From a virus, in IMG/VR virus record IMGVR_UViG_3300010397_000004, positions 1-64,000 of that record: DNA of 64,000 nucleotides, one strand, 5' to 3'. Positions 27,803 to 36,642 of the stretch are shown here, in pieces; within the stretch, counting starts at the first letter, position 1, and every line of letters begins with the position of its first letter. A program made the translations under genes and the position numbers. A model generated the notes under the pieces. That model was not told the DNA's origin and ran no database searches. It worked only from the letters and a program-made list of their open reading frames with translations.

Positions 27803-29183
27803 TCGGGTCTGGCACAGTCTGACCGGGCGCCGCCGGCCACAGCAAATCATTCATGCGGGTGGCCGCGTCGATCATCATGTCGTCGACGACGTGCTCGTAC
27901 CGCTCCTGCATCCGGGACGTCGACCAGCCCATCAGGCCCTGCACCACGCGGGCGTCGACCTTCAGCAGCCGGTTGAACGTCGCTGCCGTGTGGCGGGCGT
28001 CGTGCACCCGCAAGTCCCGCAGGCCGGCCTCGGCCAGGATCTCCTTCCATTCGCCCCAGTCGCGCCGGGCGTCGACCGGCCGGCCAAACGGGGTGGTGAA
28101 CACGTGGCCGGTGTCCACCCACTTCGACCCGGCCAACTCCCGCTCCTGCTGCTGCTGGATCAGGTGGGCGGCCAGGGCCCGCCGGACGTTCTCGGGCAAG
28201 GCCATCACCCGACGCTTGCGGTTCTTCGGCTCGCCCTTCACCAGGCCGCCGCTGTGGCGCTGCGGGCAACTGGAGGCGTGCCCGACGCAGGAGGCCGGGC
28301 AGGGCGGCGGGCAGGCCCGGGTGTGGCGCCGGCACGGGTCGGGGCAGGGCTGGGTCTTGTGCAGCCGTTGCCCGCACGCGTGGGCGTCCGTGCACCCGTG
28401 CTCCCAGGTGCGGCGGTACTGCTTCTCGCGGACTGTGAGGGTGCCCGCTTCGAGGTCGAGGTCGCTCGGCAGATCCGGACGGTCCGTGCGGTGCCAGGCC
28501 AGGCCAAGCGCCTCACCCTGGCGCAGCCCGCACGCGATGGCGACGTACCACCGCGCCCGGGTCCGCCGCTTCTCGATCACGGCGAAGATCCGCTGGACCT
28601 CGTCCACCCTCAGCGGGACGATCTCCTCCTCGACGACGGGCAGGGGCTTGACCAACTTGGCCATGTTGCGCACGTTTGGGTGTTCACGCTCATAGTCGGA
28701 CAGGGCTGACCGGAGCACCCGGTGAACCTTGTTCGCTTCGTTCGCTGACACGTCGCGCGCGATGGCCTTCAGCGCCCGAGAGATCTCCGTCGTGCCCAGG
28801 TCGTGCACCGCGGTGCCGCCGAGCTGCGCCGTGAGCCGGGCCGCGCAGCTGCGGTACGAGACGAACGCCTTGTACGCGAGGCGGTCCTGTTTGCGTTCGA
28901 GCCAGGCGTCCAGGTACTGGCCGAGGGTCTGCACCTTGCCGGCCCGGGCCACCTGCTTCGCGGCGACCTGGTCCTCGAGCTCGCGGACCTTGTCGGCGCA
29001 CGCCTCGTAGCAGTCACATCCGACGCGAGGTGACACCTTGCAGCCCGCGCACATTGCGCTGGCTCGCTTGCGCCTGTCGGGACTACCGTCGCCGCGCCGG
29101 CCGACGGTGACGAAGCCGACCCACTGGCCGTTGGACGGGGTCAGGGTGACCGACAGCCCGCGCTTGTTGCGTTGTCGTGGCAT
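27726..29183 (-). CDS. int: Tyrosine integrase
   Basis: GLRQGE (R), HDARH, MGW, RYEH catalytic motifs; TGATG overlap with the repressor. Confidence 0.95.
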   Translation of the reverse strand: MPRQRNKRGLSVTLTPSNGQWVGFVTVGRRGDGSPDRRKRASAMCAGCKVSPRVGCDCYEACADKVRELEDQVAAKQVARAGKVQTLGQYLDAWLERKQDRLAYKAFVSYRSCAARLTAQLGGTAVHDLGTTEISRALKAIARDVSANEANKVHRVLRSALSDYEREHPNVRNMAKLVKPLPVVEEEIVPLRVDEVQRIFAVIEKRRTRARWYVAIACGLRQGEALGLAWHRTDRPDLPSDLDLEAGTLTVREKQYRRTWEHGCTDAHACGQRLHKTQPCPDPCRRHTRACPPPCPASCVGHASSCPQRHSGGLVKGEPKNRKRRVMALPENVRRALAAHLIQQQQERELAGSKWVDTGHVFTTPFGRPVDARRDWGEWKEILAEAGLRDLRVHDARHTAATFNRLLKVDARVVQGLMGWSTSRMQERYEHVVDDMMIDAATRMNDLLWPAAPGQTVPDPTGTGSATESATGRGAKILQFRPRAS

Positions 29184-29632
29184 CAACGTCTCCGCATCTG
29201 TGGTTCGGGGGGATTGCTGCGGTTCTCTTCGAGCATTTCGTCGAACAGGTTGAGCGACCGGGCGAGATGATTCAGGAGTGCTCGCTTCTGGCGGTCGGTC
29301 AGGATCGACCGCTGGTCGAGGCGGGCGAGGATATCCCGCACGACAGGCGGTAGGGGCGGCGGCGCGGACCCGACGGTTCCCAGTTCCTCACCGGTGGCCA
29401 GCCCGGCGCTGATCATCAGATCCCCGAGTCGGACGTTGAGCAGCGGCGCGATCTTCCGCAGCGTGTCAGTGTCGGGCGTGCTGGTGATGTTGCGCCGGAT
29501 CCGGGAGATGCTCGACGCTGGTGCGCCGGAATCCCTGGCCAGGTCGGCGTCGCGCGAGTACCCGTTGAGGTTCATGAGCCTCTCGAGATAGGCACCGAAG
29601 TCGGGCTGCTGAGCTGTCGCTTTGGTGTTCAC
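29183..29632 (-). CDS. Immunity repressor (XRE HTH), probably leaderless
   Basis: DADLARDSGAPASSISRI..PDTDTLRKIAPLL; TACGGT -10 lies 7 nt before GTG. Confidence 0.8.
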   Translation of the reverse strand: MNTKATAQQPDFGAYLERLMNLNGYSRDADLARDSGAPASSISRIRRNITSTPDTDTLRKIAPLLNVRLGDLMISAGLATGEELGTVGSAPPPLPPVVRDILARLDQRSILTDRQKRALLNHLARSLNLFDEMLEENRSNPPEPQMRRR

Positions 29633-29639
29633 GGTGAGC

Positions 29640-29836
29640 ACCGTAAACACGGAGACGGGCCCTTCGCGCAGGTCACCGCGGGCCGTGCTTGCATGCATGC
29701 AATCAGCCTACGTTGATTGCTTACGTGCACGCAAGCCAAACGGCGCGCGCCATGCGGGCGAGCACGCAGAAAACCTCGATGCACCCGTGCACGTGAGCAC
29801 GGATTCTGATACGGTCCGTGCATGCCAGCAAGCAAG
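29640..29836. promoter_or_regulatory. Lysis/lysogeny switch region
   Basis: Divergent identical TACGGT -10 boxes (29640-45 minus, 29810-15 plus); dense TGCA/GCAC/GCAT operator-like palindromes. Confidence 0.65.
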
Positions 29837-30076
29837 GCGCCCGCCACGGTGCGAGTCCGGTTCAAGACCGAACGCGCCAACCAGATCGCAGAGGAGCGCG
29901 GCCTGCAACTGATCCGGGACCAGGCCCAGTTCTTCGGCGTCACCCCATCGAGCTACTCCCGAGTCATCAACGGCGTGGTCAACCCCGGCGAGGACTTCAT
30001 CGCCTCGGTCCTGGCCTCGCACCCCGGCGACGCCGACATCACGTGGGACGCCCTATTCGAGGTCGTCGAGGCATGA
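29822..30076 (+). CDS. Cro-like HTH protein
   Basis: Divergent from the repressor; QAQFFGVTPSSYSRVING..PGEDFIA. Confidence 0.75.
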   Translation: MPASKAPATVRVRFKTERANQIAEERGLQLIRDQAQFFGVTPSSYSRVINGVVNPGEDFIASVLASHPGDADITWDALFEVVEA

Positions 30077-30426
30077 CCGCGGCCACCGTTCCCCAACCGG
30101 CCATCCCGGCCTGGCTCGTCGACGCGACCATCGGTCTCGTCACCTCGGCCTATCAGGCCGGGCTGGCCGACCGGCCGGCCGTGCAGGCGAGCGCTCCAAC
30201 GGACAGCACCGTGCTCGACCGGCTGGAGGCGGCCGCGCTGCTGCGCTGCAGCCGCACCAAGCTCGACGAGCTCGTCCGCCACGGCGTTGTGCCCAGCTTC
30301 AAGCTCGGCAACCGGCGGCTGTTCAACCGCGCCGACCTCGAGCAGTTCCTTGCGGCGCAACCGATGCCGTCCGCAGCCGCCTTGCCCCCGCGGGGCGGCG
30401 CGGCGCCTCAGCCGTCCTCCGGCTGA
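30073..30426 (+). CDS. Excisionase-like (HTH_17) protein
   Basis: LDRLEAAALLRCSRTKLDELVRHGVVPSFKLGNRRLF. Confidence 0.8.
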   Translation: MTAATVPQPAIPAWLVDATIGLVTSAYQAGLADRPAVQASAPTDSTVLDRLEAAALLRCSRTKLDELVRHGVVPSFKLGNRRLFNRADLEQFLAAQPMPSAAALPPRGGAAPQPSSG

Positions 30427-30528
30427 GAGCGGGAGGCGCGGTCCAGGGCCAGAGGCCGCGCCTCCCCACCCAAGCAAACGGGGCCGGTGTGCGCCGGCCC
30501 CGATGGACACGAAGGTGGAAGGAACCTC

Positions 30529-31029
30529 ATGTCTCTGTTGCAGGATGATACCGGAGTCGACCGGCGAAGAGCCGTGTGCGAAGCCGTCGTCTCCGACATG
30601 CGGGCCGACGCCGAGGCCGCGCACGCCCTGCCGTTCAACCCCGGCAACGTCGCCACGCAGTTCTGCAACCAGGCTGCGGCCATCGCCTCTCTGGCCGAAG
30701 TGGTCGCCACTCTGTTGCCGAGACCGGCGGCGGATGGACCGTCCACATTGGTCGGCGGTGCTGGTACCCGGCGCATGGTTTGGTTCCACATCGCCAACGC
30801 GATCCTCGACCGGCGCCTCCCGGAACCGCACCGGGTAACCCTGGTCGCCAACCTCGCACGGGCCACGCTGTGCGTCGACACCGTCGAGCAGGGTCGCGCG
30901 TGGGCGGAGTTCCTCGGCTGCCTGAGCAACGAGAGCTTCTTCGACGGACCGCTCCCCAGCTGGTACGCCCACCACGCCGACGGCCCGCTCGGTTGGTACT
31001 GGCACGTGCTGTGTGGTGACCGGGCATGA
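30529..31029 (+). CDS. Hypothetical protein
   Basis: GGAAGGAA RBS; coupled to the sigma gene. Confidence 0.55.
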   Translation: MSLLQDDTGVDRRRAVCEAVVSDMRADAEAAHALPFNPGNVATQFCNQAAAIASLAEVVATLLPRPAADGPSTLVGGAGTRRMVWFHIANAILDRRLPEPHRVTLVANLARATLCVDTVEQGRAWAEFLGCLSNESFFDGPLPSWYAHHADGPLGWYWHVLCGDRA

Positions 31030-31640
31030 CCGCCGCCATCGCGCCCACCGCGCCCGCACCCCGCAGCCCCGAACCTGACGACGCAGCGGCCGGGATGTGG
31101 GCCCTCGTCGAACGCGCCCAGGCCGGCGAGTCGGCGGCGTTCGCCACGTTCTACGACCACTACTTCGACTTGGTGTTTCGGTACATCCGGTTCCGGGTCG
31201 GGAGCCAACCTCTCGCTGAGGACCTGGCCTCGGACACCTTCCTGCGCGCCCTGAAGCGAATCAACAGCCTCACGTGGCAGGGCCGGGACCCAGGCGCGTG
31301 GTTGGTCACGATCGCCCGTAACCTCATCGCGGACCACTACAAGTCCGGCCGGCACCGGCTTGAGGTGACGATCGGTGAGTTCGACGACAGCGATGTGCCC
31401 GATCTCGATAGCAGCCCCGAACAGTTGGCGATCGAGTCTGGCACCGCGGCGACGCTCGCGGCAGCGGTCGAGATGCTCAACCCGTTGCAGCGCCGGTGCA
31501 TCAAGCTCCGTTACTACGAGGGGCTGTCCGTTGCAGAGACAGCGGTGGCAATGGGCCGCGACCAGGGTGCGGTCAAGGCGCTGCAGTACCGGGCGATCCG
31601 GTCGTTGGCCCGGCAGCTCAACGTGCAGGGGCTCCAATGA
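31026..31640 (+). CDS. ECF sigma factor, BldN/AdsA-like
   Basis: LVERAQAGE..AEDL.S.TFLRAL.RI...TWQGRD.GAWLVTIARNL.ADH.KS.R.RLEVT..GLSVAETA..MG...GA.K.LQYRA matches my recollection of Streptomyces BldN. Confidence 0.88.
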   Translation: MTAAIAPTAPAPRSPEPDDAAAGMWALVERAQAGESAAFATFYDHYFDLVFRYIRFRVGSQPLAEDLASDTFLRALKRINSLTWQGRDPGAWLVTIARNLIADHYKSGRHRLEVTIGEFDDSDVPDLDSSPEQLAIESGTAATLAAAVEMLNPLQRRCIKLRYYEGLSVAETAVAMGRDQGAVKALQYRAIRSLARQLNVQGLQ

Positions 31641-32002
31641 TCCGGGCCATTGTGGACAGAGGGCTGGACCTGCTGGTCGATGCGGCCCGTCAGGTGGGGC
31701 TGGCCCGGCCGGCCCGGTGGGGTCGGCACCGCGCTGGCTCCGGCCTGTCGACCATGCAGGCCGCGATCCGGCGTGAGGAGGACTGCCGGCGGGAGTTGGC
31801 CGGTCCGCTGGCCGCGTTCATGGCCGAGTTCGGTGACCTGCTGACCGCGTCGCCCGAGGTGAGTTCGGCCCGGCCATGCCCGGTTGTTGAGCGGCACCTG
31901 TTCCTGGTGCGGCAGTCGGTCCCGGTTTCCCCTGCCGGCGGACCGGTTGTGGGCGACGACGAGGATTGGGACCTGATCAATGTGTGGGCGGGTGCGTCGT
32001 GA
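31637..32002 (+). CDS. Hypothetical protein
   Basis: ATGA coupling. Confidence 0.5.
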   Translation: MIRAIVDRGLDLLVDAARQVGLARPARWGRHRAGSGLSTMQAAIRREEDCRRELAGPLAAFMAEFGDLLTASPEVSSARPCPVVERHLFLVRQSVPVSPAGGPVVGDDEDWDLINVWAGAS

Positions 32003-32424
32003 GGGTGCTCGCGGTCGCTGAGGCCGGCGTCGTGCTGGTGCTGCTGGTGGTGATGGTCTGGCAGTTCCGTCGCCAGCGTGCCCGGGTGGACGTGCGGCCA
32101 GACCCCGACGTGGGGCTGCGCCTGATCCTCGAGGGCCCGGACCGGGTTGACGCGGCTGTTGCCGACGAAGCACCGGTCGCGCCCGCGCCCGCGCCGGCTG
32201 TGGTCACCGCGCCGGAGTACGAGGTTCCCCGGGCGTTGGTACCGGTCGAACCGGCACCCGTCGACGACCAGGCGGTCGCAACGCGGGAGACGTGGGCGAC
32301 CCCGACCGCGCTGATCGGCACGCGCCGGGTTCACCGGTCGTGTGCGGAGGCGCGCCGCGATGGTCGGGTCGAGCGGGTGTGCGCCTTGTGCGTGCCAGTC
32401 CTCACCGGCGGTGGCCGTGGCTGA
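31999..32424 (+). CDS. Hypothetical membrane-anchored protein
   Basis: GTGA coupling; N-terminal TM. Confidence 0.5.
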   Translation: MRVLAVAEAGVVLVLLVVMVWQFRRQRARVDVRPDPDVGLRLILEGPDRVDAAVADEAPVAPAPAPAVVTAPEYEVPRALVPVEPAPVDDQAVATRETWATPTALIGTRRVHRSCAEARRDGRVERVCALCVPVLTGGGRG

Positions 32425-33448
32425 CAAGACGGGCATCCAGTGGACTGAGGCGACGTGGAACCCGCTGGTCGGGTGCACCGCGGTGAGCCCGGGCTGTGAT
32501 CACTGCTACGCCGCGCGGGAGGCGTCGGGTCGGCTGTCGCAGCTGCCGCTGTACTCCGGGCTGGCCCGGGCCGGGGTGTTCACGGGCGAGGTGCGGCTGG
32601 TGTCCGATCGGCTGGACCAGCCGCTGCGGTGGCGCCGGCCGCGGCGGGTGTTCGTCAACTCGATGTCGGACCTGTTTCACGACGCGGTGCCGGACGAGTT
32701 CATCGTCGAGGTCTTCGCCCGCATGTGGTGGTCGCCCAAGCACACGTTCCAGGTGCTGACAAAGCGCCACGGACGGCTGCGGTCCCTGCTCTCGCAGATC
32801 GAAGAGCAGCTGCGTCAGCGGGAGACTGACCTCGGGCTGGTTGACTGCCCGACACCGCTGCGGTGGCCGCTCCCGAACGTGTGGCTCGGTGTGTCGGTGG
32901 AGAACCAGAAGTGGGCCGACATCCGAATCCCGGCCCTGCTCGACACCCCGGCTGCGGTGCGCTGGCTGTCGTGCGAACCTCTTCTCGGCCGGATTGACCT
33001 GACCCAATGGTTGTCACCCCGCCGGGCGGAGTGGGGCGAGCCGTACGCGGAGCCGACCAGCCCGGCCGGCCTGGTCGTGCGGGACCTCATCCTGCGTCCG
33101 GGCATCGACTGGGTGGTGGTCGGTGGCGAGTCCGGCCCGGCCGCCCGACCGATGCACCCAGACTCGGCACGCCTGCTGCGGGACCAGTGCACCGCAGCGG
33201 GCGTGCCGTTCTTCTTCAAGCAGTGGGGCGAGTGGGCGCCGTACGAGGTGGCGCGCCCCGTTGCGAGCGACCCGGGCACGTGCGCGGTGCACCCGTCGGG
33301 GATGACCGCACTGAGGCCGGACAACCCCTTCGACCCGTTCGCCGCCGGACACCCCTACTGGACTTCGATGGTGCGCGCCGGCAAGAAGCGGGCCGGCCGC
33401 GAGCTGGACGGTCGCACCTGGGACGAGTACCCGGAGGTCGACCTGTGA
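32417..33448 (+). CDS. DUF5131 (Gp37/Gp68) family protein
   Basis: IQWTEATWNP..GC..VSPGCDHCYA..FVNSMSDLFH..GGESG..FFKQWG. Confidence 0.92.
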   Translation: MADKTGIQWTEATWNPLVGCTAVSPGCDHCYAAREASGRLSQLPLYSGLARAGVFTGEVRLVSDRLDQPLRWRRPRRVFVNSMSDLFHDAVPDEFIVEVFARMWWSPKHTFQVLTKRHGRLRSLLSQIEEQLRQRETDLGLVDCPTPLRWPLPNVWLGVSVENQKWADIRIPALLDTPAAVRWLSCEPLLGRIDLTQWLSPRRAEWGEPYAEPTSPAGLVVRDLILRPGIDWVVVGGESGPAARPMHPDSARLLRDQCTAAGVPFFFKQWGEWAPYEVARPVASDPGTCAVHPSGMTALRPDNPFDPFAAGHPYWTSMVRAGKKRAGRELDGRTWDEYPEVDL

Positions 33449-33702
33449 CCGCCGGCATCCGCACCATGAGCGACCTGTCAGCCATGTGCGTCAACGGTTT
33501 CCACGACGCGTGCGACGACAACCGGTGCCTGGACTACTGCCACGATGCCCCGGCCGAAGCGGTGCCGCTGTCCGAGGAGTGCGTGGGCCGGTACCACGAG
33601 GCGTGCCCGGACGGGCCGTGCGTCTGCGTGTGCCACCTGCCCGACCCGCTCGACCTCGACGACGAGTTCGGCCCGTGGCCCAGCGATGAGGAGGCGCGGT
33701 GA
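33445..33702 (+). CDS. Small protein with two tandem Cys/His repeats
   Basis: LSxxC-x4-HxAC-x4-CxxxCH occurs twice. Confidence 0.6.
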   Translation: MTAGIRTMSDLSAMCVNGFHDACDDNRCLDYCHDAPAEAVPLSEECVGRYHEACPDGPCVCVCHLPDPLDLDDEFGPWPSDEEAR

Positions 33703-34913
33703 CGGCCGGCACGCTGGAGCACCGCGGCCCGGCCAACGCCATCAGCGACGAGGAGGGCCGCCGCTGGTACGTGTTCGGCGAGGGCGACGACGCGGAACGG
33801 TTCGTGTCCGTCACCACCGCGCTGAGCGTGGTCCAGAAGGAGGGCCTGATCCGTTGGGCCACCTGGGAATCGGCCGACGCCGCGTTCGAGGAACTACCCA
33901 AGCTCGCCCGGTCGCTGCTGCGCCGGGAGTGCGGCAACACGTACAAGCGGTGCCAGCACGACTTCCGGGTCCGGTGTGTCGACTGCCCGTGCGGGGAGTG
34001 CCCCACATGCATGCGGAAGTGGATCGCGAACCGGCACTACGGCATCACGTCCCGCCGGGCCGAGGAGGGCACCCGCGTCCACGACATCGTGGAGCACTGG
34101 GTCCTCAACGGTGGCGTGGTCGCCCCGCACGGCGACGACATCGCCCCGTACGTGGCCCAGTTCTTGGCCTGGGTGGCCGACTACGGGCTGACCCCGGACG
34201 CGTGGGAGATGGCCGAGGCCACCGTCATCAACCGGGAGTACGGGTACGCCGGCACCCTCGACGCGATCGTCACGTTCCGGGCCGACGCCGGCCAGCTCTC
34301 CGCCGAGCTCGTGGCCAAGATGCTCGGCATCACGGTGTCGCAGGCGACCGCCGAGCATCGGGCCGTCACCGTGATCGTCGACCTGAAGTCGCGGGAGAAG
34401 GAAGAGGCCAAGCTGTACCCGGAGTACGCCCTGCAGGAGGCCGGGTACCGCAACGGCCAGGTGGTGCGGCTCCGCGACGGCCGTGAGATCCCCATGCCGG
34501 CCACCGACGGGGCGGTCATCGTGCAGGTCCGCCCCGACGGGTACCTGTGCCGGCCGGTCATCGCCGACGACACCACGTTCGGCGCGTTCCTGGCGGTGCT
34601 GAACCTGGCCCGCTGGTACTTCGAGCACGCCACCGCGTCGGTGTCATCGCGGTCGTTCAAAGTGCCGAAGGAACCCGAGGCGCCGAAGCCGGCCCGGGCC
34701 CCGCGGGCCGCGCCGGCGAAGAAGGCCGCCGCGCCGCGCAAGTCAGCGAAGCGGGCCGGTGTCGCGATCCAGGACGTGCCCGAACCGACGCTCCCGATCG
34801 ACGCGCCTGCAGCCCGGCCGGTCAAGTCGATGTCGGCGATCATGCAGTCCGTGTCACGTCCGCTGGCCGACCCGGACCCGAACTCCCCGTACGGCGACGA
34901 CATCCCGTTCTGA
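33699..34913 (+). CDS. PD-(D/E)XK exonuclease (Cas4/RecB-like) with Cys-rich insert
   Basis: SVTT, GTRVH, E..YAGTLD, DLKS, LQ..GY motifs; ends GDDIPF. Confidence 0.8.
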   Translation: MTAGTLEHRGPANAISDEEGRRWYVFGEGDDAERFVSVTTALSVVQKEGLIRWATWESADAAFEELPKLARSLLRRECGNTYKRCQHDFRVRCVDCPCGECPTCMRKWIANRHYGITSRRAEEGTRVHDIVEHWVLNGGVVAPHGDDIAPYVAQFLAWVADYGLTPDAWEMAEATVINREYGYAGTLDAIVTFRADAGQLSAELVAKMLGITVSQATAEHRAVTVIVDLKSREKEEAKLYPEYALQEAGYRNGQVVRLRDGREIPMPATDGAVIVQVRPDGYLCRPVIADDTTFGAFLAVLNLARWYFEHATASVSSRSFKVPKEPEAPKPARAPRAAPAKKAAAPRKSAKRAGVAIQDVPEPTLPIDAPAARPVKSMSAIMQSVSRPLADPDPNSPYGDDIPF

Positions 34914-34930
34914 GCACAAAGGACAGACAC

Positions 34931-36118
34931 ATGGCAGGCAGAATCCTGACGCTCCAACGGCAGGTCCGCGAGCTCGGCCGGCTCCGCGCCGGGCTCACTG
35001 AAACGCGGGTGAAGGACGGCAGGGAGATCAGCTACCCGACGTCGTCGAAGACGTGGATCCTCACCTCGGCGAACCGGGACTACCTCGACGCCGCCGCCCA
35101 GCTGTGGGGTGGGGAGGTGACCGAGTGGCAGCCAGTCGGGAACGGGCCGAAGGCGTGGCGGGTCATCACCAACACCCCGGTCATCGACGCGATCCTGCCG
35201 CCAGGGGACCCGCTGTCGCAGCACCAGGAGATGTGGTCACGCGGCGGGTGCCAGCGGCGGTGCGACGGTGAGCGGGAGCTGCTCACCGACCAGCCGTGCC
35301 TGTGCCGGGCCGAGCACGGCGAGGATTTCCACGAGCAGAAGCAGGGCACGGTGTGCGACATCCACACCCGGCTCAACGTGTTTCTTCCGGACCTGCCCGA
35401 CATCGGTGTGTGGCGCGCGGAAACGAAGGGGTTCTGGCCGGCCAACCACATCGCTGGCTACGTCGACATGATCAAAGGTCAGGTCGGGCCGAACGTGCTC
35501 GTGCCGGTCCGGTTGCGGATCGAGCCGCGCACCAAGGTGAAGGCCGGGAAGACGTCGCAGTTCATCGAGATCGTGGTCGAGCTGCGGAGCCGGGCCTCGT
35601 TCGCGGAGATCCTGAACGCGCCCGACGTCCTCGCCATCGGCGGCGGTCCCGAGCGCGCGGCGATCGGCGCCGGCCCCGCGCCCACCACCGCGGCGGCCGC
35701 GCCGGCGGCGGTCGGGCCGGGCCGGGCGACACCGGCGCAGTGGCGGGACCGGTTCGCCCAGGCCACCACCCTCGACGAGCTGCGTGCCATGTGGACCCCG
35801 GCCGGCCAGGACGAGGCCCTGGACGAGGAGACCCGGAAAGCGTTCTGGGAAGCCAAGGGCCGCATCGATGGCCGGTCGCCAGCCTGGGCCGAGCAGCCCG
35901 TCGACGAGGCGCCCGCGGCCGAGCCGGTCGACGGCGAGGCCGAGCCGGACCGCGATGCGGTGTGGACCCAGGTCCTCACCGTCGCCGCGACGAAGGGCTG
36001 GAATCTCGCCGCGGTGACCGAACGGCTGCACGCGGCCACGGGCAAGGCCCCGGCGGACGCGGACGGGTGGGCGCTGCAGCTGTTCCTCGACGCGGTCAAC
36101 ACCGGGCAGGTGGCGTGA
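34931..36118 (+). CDS. Gp3-like / recombination-directionality-factor-like protein
   Basis: LQRQVRELGRLR..RRCDG..C..TRLNVFLPDLP.IGVWR.ET.G; paired with the exonuclease. Confidence 0.7.
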   Translation: MAGRILTLQRQVRELGRLRAGLTETRVKDGREISYPTSSKTWILTSANRDYLDAAAQLWGGEVTEWQPVGNGPKAWRVITNTPVIDAILPPGDPLSQHQEMWSRGGCQRRCDGERELLTDQPCLCRAEHGEDFHEQKQGTVCDIHTRLNVFLPDLPDIGVWRAETKGFWPANHIAGYVDMIKGQVGPNVLVPVRLRIEPRTKVKAGKTSQFIEIVVELRSRASFAEILNAPDVLAIGGGPERAAIGAGPAPTTAAAAPAAVGPGRATPAQWRDRFAQATTLDELRAMWTPAGQDEALDEETRKAFWEAKGRIDGRSPAWAEQPVDEAPAAEPVDGEAEPDRDAVWTQVLTVAATKGWNLAAVTERLHAATGKAPADADGWALQLFLDAVNTGQVA

Positions 36119-36642
36119 TGTCCAAACTGATGGACGCCAAGTGCCGCAACACCTACCGGTTGCTCAACCAGGGCGAGGTGTGGTTCCCGAAGGGTCGGCC
36201 ACGCGTCGCGATCGCCGACATGGACCCGGAGTGGCGGTTCAACACCGCCCGGTTCCTGGAGCGCCGCGCCGCGGTGCTCGAGCTGCTGTACAGCATGGGC
36301 GAACTGGGGGTGCTCGGTGAGCCCACGATGCAGGCCGTTGTCGGCGAGGTGTGGGGCGAGACCGTCACGGCCGGCCCGTTGTTCTCCCACCTGGACCTGC
36401 TGGGCGAGCACGCTTCGGACGCCTTCGACCAGGAGCTCGAGCGCCGCGTAGGGGACCCGGTCGCGTGGCTGCGCACCACGCCGCTGTACCAGGCGCTGGT
36501 GGCCGGGCTGCCCCGCAGGGGCAAGCGCCTGGCCGCCCTGGCGGAGCGGGCCCGGCACTGGTCAACGTGCCCGGCCCGGACCGGGACCGGCGACTGCCTG
36601 TGCGACGACATCCGGGCCGCGGCTGCCGAGGTGGCAGCGTGA
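36118..36642 (+). CDS. Hypothetical protein
   Basis: TGATG coupling; WLRTTPLYQAL. Confidence 0.6.
   Translation: MSKLMDAKCRNTYRLLNQGEVWFPKGRPRVAIADMDPEWRFNTARFLERRAAVLELLYSMGELGVLGEPTMQAVVGEVWGETVTAGPLFSHLDLLGEHASDAFDQELERRVGDPVAWLRTTPLYQALVAGLPRRGKRLAALAERARHWSTCPARTGTGDCLCDDIRAAAAEVAA

Noticed and set aside
33699-34913. CRISPR adaptation Cas4
   Set aside because: No cas1 or array; the context is a phage recombination module.
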